A stretch of DNA of 11,062 bases from Spirochaetota bacterium (GTDB lineage Bacteria > Spirochaetota > UBA4802 > UBA5550): the NCBI GenBank assembly GCA_050298055.1, contig JBNKTL010000074.1, positions 1 to 11,062 on the forward strand. The letters are read 5' to 3'. The notes under the pieces are model-generated. The model was not told the origin of the DNA, did no database searches, and saw only the letters and a list, made by a program, of their open reading frames with translations. Below are positions 1 through 7,500 of this stretch, piece after piece. The position numbers and the translations under genes were made by a program. The first letter of the stretch is position 1; every line of letters begins with the position of its first letter.

Positions 1-410
1 AAACAATCCTTAACTTCCGCCTGAAATTCGGTAGTATGTACTTTTATAGGCGGAATATCAGATACTTGCCGCCTTTTATAATCTTTCGGCTCATGATCTT
101 TCAATGAGTTCCCGCAACACATACAGGCATCAACCGATAATTTGATTATTTCATCGGGAGTATCTGTCATCTCAAGAGTTTTCCCTTTGTGACCATTTTG
201 ACCTCCGGATTTCTTCCCAGATTTTCTTCTCTGACTCCTGGTTCTCTTCTTTTTCTTTAATCCATCACTTGATGGCGGTTTACTGCTGTTATGGCTGTTC
301 TTCGCTAATTGACTTTCAAGTTTTTCTATTCGGTCAATTAGCTGAAGTATTAAATCAACAACAGCATCTTTTCCAAGATCATAAATCTTTTCAATTTCTT
401 CTCTTTTCAT
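1..410 (-). CDS. IS66-family transposase, single-ORF ISBst12-like type; N-terminal part, runs off the left edge
   Basis: Manual translation from ATG at 410 gives MKREEIEKIYDLGKDAVVDLILQLIDRIEKLESQLAKNSHNSSKPPSSDGLKKKKRTRSQRRKSGKKSGGQNGHKGKTLEMTDTPDEIIKLSVDACMCCGNSL...RRQVSDIPPIKVHTTEFQAEVKDC, with no stop in the window. The NSxNSSKPPSSD, GGQxGHxG, CxxCG zinc finger and RRQVxDIP motifs are characteristic of IS66 transposases. It is absent from the ORF track, probably because its stop is outside the window. Confidence 0.95.
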   Translation of the reverse strand, partial: MKREEIEKIYDLGKDAVVDLILQLIDRIEKLESQLAKNSHNSSKPPSSDGLKKKKRTRSQRRKSGKKSGGQNGHKGKTLEMTDTPDEIIKLSVDACMCCGNSLKDHEPKDYKRRQVSDIPPIKVHTTEFQAEVKDC

Positions 411-475
411 CGAGACATAATATAAATCATGTCCCTCAAATTAATAGTAAAAATTACTTACTGTTCAAAAAAATA

Positions 476-488
476 GCTGAGTAGTTAC
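476..488 (-). repeat. Left terminal inverted repeat of the IS66 element (GTAACTACTCAGC)
   Basis: The plus strand reads gctgagtagttac at 476-488, 78 bp from the transposase ATG. It matches the GTAACT...CAG type of end recalled for ISBst12-like elements. The partner IR is not visible. Confidence 0.7.
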
Positions 489-496
489 GATTAATC
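489..496. repeat. Candidate 8-bp IS66 target site duplication (GATTAATC, palindromic)
   Basis: Directly abuts the IR, and IS66 elements typically duplicate 8 bp. The second copy would lie outside the window. Confidence 0.5.
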
Positions 497-713
497 ATTA
501 ATTTATCTTTTCCTGTATTTTTAATATACAATCTATCAATCATTCCCATTTTACCATTAAGAAAAGCACCATATATTTGAGCAACATGTAATTTTGAAGT
601 AATTGTTTTCTTTTTTAATTCATCCGGATATCTAATTGGTAATGATCCACATGAAAGGAATGAAATAACAATTAAAAGAATAGGTATTTTTGATTTTAAC
701 ATATTCAAATAAA

Positions 714-719
714 CTCCTT
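714..719 (-). promoter_or_regulatory. Shine-Dalgarno site (AAGGAG) for the lipoprotein gene
   Basis: Plus-strand ctcctt at 714-719, 5 nt from TTG 708 and 11 nt from ATG 702. Confidence 0.75.
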
Positions 720-731
720 AAATTTTAATAT

Positions 732-761
732 TTTATAGTCTGCAACATTTTTGCAGATCAA
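732..761 (-). promoter_or_regulatory. Possible sigma70-type promoter with an operator-like palindrome in its spacer
   Basis: Minus strand TTGATC(761-756)-N18-TATAAA(737-732). Perfect inverted repeat TCTGCAA-N5-TTGCAGA at 739-757. The AT-rich context weakens the promoter match. Confidence 0.35.
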
Positions 762-789
762 TTTTATGCTTTTTAAAGTCTCCACACCG

Positions 790-875
790 CTTCGCACATT
801 GCCGCCTTCTTCACTGGTAAAAAAACTTTTCCCGGCAGGGCGGCAACGTCGCTTACCTCAGCAATTATGCGAAAC
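790..875. repeat. Long imperfect inverted repeat; degenerate attC-like element
   Basis: acattgccgcc (796-806) pairs with ggcggcaacgt (839-849) with one mismatch. Inner ctggtaaaa (814-822) pairs imperfectly with ttttcccgg (827-835). Outer ttcgca (791-796) pairs with tgcgaa (868-873). The hairpin is directly observed; the attC identity is inference. Confidence 0.5.
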
Positions 876-911
876 GCTCAACTCACGGCTTCCTTCACCG
901 GACCGGAACAA

Positions 912-959
912 ACCCCATCCATAAACCCCCTTCCGCGGCCAGGGCAGGGAGGGGACTTT
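912..959. repeat. GC-rich REP-like stem-loop, possible terminator of the toxin-immunity transcript
   Basis: ccccttcc (927-934) pairs with gggagggg (947-954), about 60 bp downstream of the stop at 1016. On the minus strand it is followed only by a short TTTAT tail. Confidence 0.45.
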
Positions 960-1015
960 ACTCCTCCATGCGCCGGGGGACTATGCTCTATTTCATCTTC
1001 TCAATAACATAAGAT

Positions 1016-1501
1016 TTATTCTTTTAAAATACTTTTTGTAAATCGAATATCTAAAGCAACTGAAGTATTAAATAATCTTTTATCAAACATAACAATCATT
1101 GTTATTCTTTCTTTTCCCCTTTTTCTCTTTTTTATGACTTTATAATACTTCACTTCTGAACATATCCATTTTTTATTACCCAATAGGCATATGTTTTCAC
1201 CTTCAATTTTCCAATTACCAATAATTTTTTGTTCACCTAATGAATAATCAATCATTTCAAATTTTTTATTTGCAAAGAATTTAAATGCTGCATGAGGAGG
1301 TCCAGACCACGACCCAATTAATAGATTTATGAAAATTTCTTTGCTACTACTAATTTTATATAATTTATTAAATTCAAAATTCTTTAAGATAAATTCTAAC
1401 TTATTTTTTGAATTTTCTGGATCACTAGTAAAATCATTAGCAATAACTGGATCAATCAATAACAAAATTGATATCAGCAAAGGAAGAAATATTTTAATCA
1501 T
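1016..1501 (-). CDS. Exported 161-aa protein, putative cognate immunity protein (possible lipocalin-like beta fold)
   Basis: Sec-type signal peptide MIKIFLPLLISILLLIDPVIA|ND. AGGAGA RBS at 1509-1514. Overlaps the upstream stop by 8 bp (ATGATTAA). LIGSW...FKF...GNWKIEGENICL beta-strand pattern and a C-x8-C pair. Very AT-rich (8/60 G+C at 1321-1380). The gene call is firm; the function is inferred from context. Confidence 0.8.
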   Translation of the reverse strand: MIKIFLPLLISILLLIDPVIANDFTSDPENSKNKLEFILKNFEFNKLYKISSSKEIFINLLIGSWSGPPHAAFKFFANKKFEMIDYSLGEQKIIGNWKIEGENICLLGNKKWICSEVKYYKVIKKRKRGKERITMIVMFDKRLFNTSVALDIRFTKSILKE

Positions 1502-4500
1502 TCATCAATCTCCTGTTTTGATTCAGTCTTAATTGTAAATAATAACTTGTTTTATGTTCATATGGATTATAATCCCTCGAATATATTCCTTTACCGCCTG
1601 TACTCTCGACAATCCCGTTATCATTCCCTAAATTAACATACACATGATCATACCAGCCAGGAGTTCTCCCATATGAAGTATCTACTCCATTATTCATCGT
1701 TACACCAATAAGACCGGTATAATCATTAACTTCACTCGCATTAAATCTTTCAAAAAGTGAATCATTCCTGAGAATATTAACAGGACCATTTGAGTACGTC
1801 CTATCAACATAATTACCGTCATAGTCATAAGCATCTTTTACTACTGACTTTTTAACATCTTTGAACTCATCTGCATATTCATATGAGTTTTTGTCACCAT
1901 AGAGTAAATTAATATTGTTATGTCCTTTATCAGCTAATCCCATAACGTTAACGCCCAAACTCACAAATGAAGAACAATCAACTCTGCTAATATCATTTAA
2001 GGAACCATCTCTGCTGAAGTTATTTTGATAACCATATTTTATCTCACCTTCAAATTCACTTCCCAGGTTCTCCATAACCCCCGCAAAGGTATTATTCAAG
2101 TGGGTCTGGTCCTGGAAATTCATATCAGAAAAGTGGTCTTTCGCGTTATTAACTGTAAACTGGAATTTATCTTTCCCGGTAATTTCAGCATAACTTGACA
2201 CATCACTTAGTGTCTTAAAGAAAGCGTCAGTATATGCCTTTGCTCCGCTCTTTGTGGGGTCATTCTGTATTGACGGTTCGCTTAAGTCCACGGAAAAGTT
2301 TTTTGATCCCGTGAGTTCCCCATTACTATACTTTAATGCTTCATAATTTAGCCGGTCAACTGAACCTTCAACGATTGATTTGATATTGCCGTCACTGTTT
2401 CTCGTAATATGGATACTTTCGGCATTATCACCTTCATAGTATCCAAGCTGAATTTTTGAATTGAAGTAATCCAGTGAACCTTCACTTATAGCATTGCTGG
2501 TATCGATCTTTCCGGTCGTGTACTCAACCTCTATATTCTGTTTTTTCATGGAATCTTTGTAATCCATCCACTCATCGAAATCCTTATCACTCATTCCAAG
2601 GTCACTGGCACTCGTGAACTCACCGTGAGATATAAGGTTACCGGTTCTCTCAAAGAAATTCCCAACTCCCTGTTTAATAGTATTAAGGAATCCATCGGCA
2701 GCATCCATTCCCTGTTTCATACCGAGGAAAATTCCCCCAAGCATTTCTTCAACCCCGCTGAGCGGGTCATCAGGAAGCTTTCCTTTGGGCAGACTCTTTT
2801 GTTTCGCATATTCCTTCATCAGGTTATTGGTTTTAACAGCGGCATATTGCCCAAGGTCTCTGCCAAGGTCCTGGTGAGTATACCTCACTGAGTCCCAGTT
2901 GAAGCTCCTGTTCGTCATCCCGAACTCCTCGGAAAAACCCTTTCCGTCAAATACCTTGTATGAGAGAGTTTTTATACTGCTGTCGATAAGGCCCGACAAG
3001 GCTTTGTTCATGTAACTGTTGCCGGTTGATTGCTTATACATCATTGCCGATGTGACACCGGAGGCCACACCCGTGGTGATATGCTGGGTCATGTGATCCG
3101 TATCAAACCCGATATCTCTCCAGTTCCCGTCAAGATCGATCCCCGACATCACTGTGCTCTGGAGACCGCTGGAAACACCGGCAAATATACTGCTGTCATC
3201 AATATCGGCCAAGCCTCCGACCCCCTGCATTCCGTAGGTCAGGGCGGCGCTCACCGCTCCTCGTTTTACCCCCTCCCGGAAGTTGTCGTCGTCCCAGCCC
3301 ACGCTTCCGTCAGATTCATATTCTATCCCCGAAGCCGCTGTGGTAATGGCCTGCCCCGCGAGCCGGTAAGCTACCGAATTCCCCATTCCTCCCACATAGC
3401 TTGAAACCGCGGAAATACCGGTCTGGATCACTGCCTGCTTCCATGATATAGCCCCCTGCTTGGCGTCCATAGCCGTAAATGCCGCGTTGAGGAGAAATGC
3501 CGCCCAGGGACATCCGCAGGCGGTGAGGGCTATGCTTCCCGCCACCTGGATCACTGTCCTCGGGGTGGGCATTCCCGGGGCGATGGGAGTGGTCAGTTCA
3601 CCGGTCTGGGTGAGAGCTATCCCCTCCATATATTTCCTGTAGGCATTTGGGAACCGGCCCTCTATGGCCCCGTCCTGCCCCCCGAAGAGCCTCTCCATCT
3701 CCCTGTCAACGTGGGCGTTAAAGGTACCTCCTTCATCGTCGAAGACCTTCTCGATCTCCCTCTGAAGATGGGTTGTTTCCAGCTTCACGTACACGTTAAG
3801 CTCGTCAGCATCAATGTTAGTATATGTGGTGGGATCTGTAAAGTCAATTTCCCCGTCAAGACCCTTGATCGGTTTGAAGCTTACATTATTTTCGTCGAAG
3901 TCCTGGTAGCCAAAATAGGATATGGAGTCGTATCGTGTCACAGAAAGTGTGTGCTCCTTTACAACCTCTATCTCCCAGATATTTGACGTCGGGTTGTAGA
4001 TAAAGGGTGCCTCAAAACCGGCGCTGTTCGTGTAGACGCTGTCCCTGACGCTCTCGTTGGCCCCTGCGACTTGTTCGTTGAAGTTCTCCAGTATCCCGAA
4101 GAGAACATCGGCTATCCTCATGTTCTTCATGACCCCCAACCGGGTCTCGTAACTATCCATCTGTGACCCGTAATCCGCCGAGAGAGCCGACGAGAGATTG
4201 AGGTTCAGAAGATTGGTAAATCCCGCACTGGTGTCAGTATAATTCATGCTCTTGGCCAGAACCCCCAGATCGTTCACGGGAAGGTCAGCCAGGCTTTTGC
4301 TCAATATGCTGTCCATGTCGAATGCGATACTGACCCTGCCCGGCATTCCGTCATTAAATACCCTGACAAAGTTGTTGATCCGGTTTGAAAGCTCCTCGGA
4401 GATCATCCGGGCACTGGCGTCCCCGGAGCTCCGGGAGACATCCGCCTGCCACCTGTTCATCTCACCGGTAAAATCGTTTTTGAGTTTCAGGAGACCCTTC

Positions 4501-7500
4501 TCCCCCTGGTTAATGGCCTCCCGGGTGTCGAACCTCCACTTCTTCCAGAGGGTCAGAAAATCTTTGCTCCTCCTGTCCCAGTCCCTTTCACCCCGGTTCA
4601 GGATAAAGCCCACCACCTCCATCCATCGTCTCTCTCTCTCATTGAACTTCTCAAGCTGGAAGTCCCACTCCTGTTCCTGGAACTCGGTACTCTGGGCTAT
4701 CAGCTTATTAACGATGGTATCGTCAACACTGGTCCCCCTCCCGTCGCTCACAAGCTCGCTCACCAGGGCCTGGTAGCCGGGGAAGGACCTCTGGCGCACC
4801 TCTCCGGAACCGCTGTTGAATGACGCGGCATCTCTCAGGAGGTTCCAGTGAATAAGCTCGATATCCCTGAGCATCACCGTGTTATCGTGGGTCCCCTCCC
4901 GGGATGAGCTCTCCACATAGCCCAGAAGGGTGTCCCTGTGATCACCTCTCACCCTGCCGTAGTCGGCGCTTATCACCCCGATGGCCTCCTTCAGGGAGAA
5001 GACGTTGTCATAGAAGTCAAACCTGTCACCTGTACCATACCCGCTGAAATCGGTAATGGTAGTATTCCCGGTTTTGAGGATCACACTACTATCGTTCAGG
5101 GCATAGTCTTCACCTGTATCAAACCCGTCGCTTCGGAGAAGATATACCCTGCCGTTACTTATCCTGGCCTGTACGGCGTGCCCGTCGGCATCCAGCCTCT
5201 GCATCTCCCTCCGGAGAGTAGTGAGGGATACCTGCTCCCCGGTATCGGGGTCGGTGGCGGGGGTAAACTCATCATAGACATGGCCCAGGTCCTCGGTTGT
5301 GAGCCCGTACTTTGGTCCCCCCAGGATGCTCTTCAGCTGATCGATGCTCCTCACCCGGTCAAAGGCGTAGAGGGCCTCGGTCTCCGCCTGGAGTTCGTTC
5401 TTTTTGGCAAAAAGCTTATCCAGGCTTTTCCGCTTGGGATTCAGACTGTTTGTAAGGGAATTTACCTGGTAAACGGCATTGGCGTTAAGCCATTCATTAT
5501 GCCTGCTGTCCCTCCTCCTTCTCCATCTTCTCCTTTCGATTACATAACGTTTTTTTGTACCATTATATCGATCCCTTGCATACTCATATTCAATTCGTCT
5601 ATATCTCTCGATATAGTATGACCAGCTGTTTCCATCAATTAAGTCTTTATTATATGTATAGAGGATCTCAATATTCTTTTGTATATCGGGATCGATTGCG
5701 TTATACGTATCATACTGTACCTTTATGGACTGTATTTGCGACCCGATAAAGCCGCTATTCCAGAAATTTGTTGGTATGTATTGTTTCCAGGTACGGTATC
5801 CCCAGTAGCATTCTATGGCTTTAGCGTATTCGTTGATCCTGCTGGTCGCGCCGTTACCCATCATATGGGAGATAACTCCATCAACCACAAGGTTCCCCTC
5901 ATCTATACCGAAGATGTTGCTGTAGACAGAGCTCCGGGCGGCATCATAAGAGTCCTGGGCCTTCTCATAGTTGTAGCTCAGCTCGCTTATCTTCTCGTTG
6001 ACCAGGACATCCGCCTGGGCGGTCCGGGTATAGCTCCCGGCCTTCCGGACAAAGTCCTCTCTTAAGGCGGAGTACTCGCCGTCGGCCCGGAGTGTCGCCA
6101 GGGTCTCCTGGTCCCTCAACCCTGTTTCGGCCTCGGTCAGGGCCGTAGCCTTTTCTTCATAGATACCCCGGATATACTCGTAGTTGTCCCGGGCGTCGGG
6201 GACGTTGAGACCGGAGATATCGATAACTCCCCCCCCGTCTGTTCCCGGAACATATCCGCTGCCCACACCTGAGTCCTGGCTGCTCTCCTCCTTCAGGTAG
6301 GGGGTATTGGCATACTCGTATACGGCATAGGCCCTCTCGTACTGGAACTCCGCGTCCTTGAAGGCATTGTAGGCGGTCTCCGCATTCCCCATACTGTTCA
6401 CATATTCGGCGGTCAGTCTGTCGTATATCTCCTTCTGGTCACTGAGCCCGGTCTCCCGGTCCTCGTAGGCAATCCTGGCGTTCTCAACAACAACTCCCTG
6501 CGTCCTGACCTGCTCCCTCAGCTGGTTGATGTCCATGCCATTCAAAAGGTTGTAGGTCTTCCGGGCGGTAATGACCTCCCCCCTGCTCTTCTCCAGCAGA
6601 GCCCCGCTGTTTTTCATATCACCGAAAACAGTATCGAAATTCAGGTTAAATGCATCCCGCGCCCCTTCGATATCGTTTATCTGCCGAGTCAGGTCGGTAC
6701 TGAAAACAAAGTCCCCCTCGGTGTTCCGGGTATAATCGGTATTTGTATCGTAGAAACCGTCCACCGTATCCATAAAGTCCCCGATGGTCAGGGTGTCATC
6801 AATGACTTCCGCGGCCGCCTGGACCTCAAGGTCCTTCATGTTGGCCGCAAAGCTGTTCATCTCCTCAAGGATCAGGTTGTCGATGTCGTCATTCCGGTAA
6901 TTAACGGTGTCCAGTTCCCCGCTGCCGCCGTCCCGGGTGTCCATGCTCTCCCCGTTGTTCTGGGATGCGATACCCCCGTCCTCAAGCCCCCCGAGGATAT
7001 ACCTTCTGTAGCTCTCAAAGGCCCCCGGTTTATCCGCATAATTCACCAGGGTGGTGGCGTATTGCGTAACCCTCCCCTTTTTCATCCTGTCGCCGAAGAC
7101 CACGTCATACACACCGTTTATCTCTCCCGGAAGGTCATAGAGCTCGTCCTCAAAAACGCTCCCCTTGAGCATGATCTCCCCGTTGATCATCCCCTGGAGG
7201 CCGAAGATCCCGCTGTCATACCCCGGCATCATTACCGCATCCAGGTCTGCCCCCTCCAGGGCCCCCGACAGGTAGTAGTACCGTTTGAAGGTCTCAAGGG
7301 CACTCCCCGAAAGCCCGGCCATATACTCCTTTATCTCCTGGCCGTAGTAGTTGTCAATACCGGCAAAACTCCCGATGTATCGGGTGATGCTGTCCCTAAC
7401 CAGGGCGGAAAAGGAATCCCTGCCGTACTGTTCATCCATATAGCTGTCGATCTCAGCCTGGGTCTTGAGGAAGCCGTTATTCAGGAAAAATCCCTGGTAA

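Larger units (their letters stand above)
1..488 (-). mobile_element. IS66-family insertion sequence, left portion
   Basis: Transposase at <1..410, plus a candidate terminal inverted repeat reading GTAACTACTCAGC on the minus strand from 488. IS66 termini begin GTAA. The other end is outside the window. Confidence 0.85.
454..708 (-). pseudogene. Predicted lipoprotein, probably truncated by the IS66 insertion; candidate orphan immunity or cassette gene
   Basis: MLKSKIPILLIVISFLS-C has a basic N-terminus, hydrophobic core and lipobox-like Cys. AAGGAG RBS at 714-719; start is TTG at 708 or ATG at 702. The final residues RNYSAIFLNSK and the stop are read from IS sequence (488 down to 454). Confidence 0.7.

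Noticed and set aside
454..461. Alternative IS left ends at GTAA 457 or 461
   Set aside because: They lack the following CT..TCAG pattern seen at 488, which fits this IS group better. They cannot be fully excluded without the other end.
269..484. Plus-strand 71-aa ORF
   Set aside because: Antisense to the clearly recognisable IS66 transposase and its left end.
720..1015. CRISPR array, tRNA or other known RNA gene in the intergenic region
   Set aside because: No direct repeats with spacers and no cloverleaf or T-loop motif; only inverted repeats are present.
1329..1532. Plus-strand 67-aa ORF with a hydrophobic N-terminus
   Set aside because: Antisense to the 161-aa gene, which has the RBS, signal peptide and translational coupling. 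The hydrophobicity reflects AT-rich codons.
4629..4640. (TC)6 dinucleotide run as a phase-variation tract
   Set aside because: Short, and explained by the encoded E-R-E-R within the helical repeat. The frame is intact.
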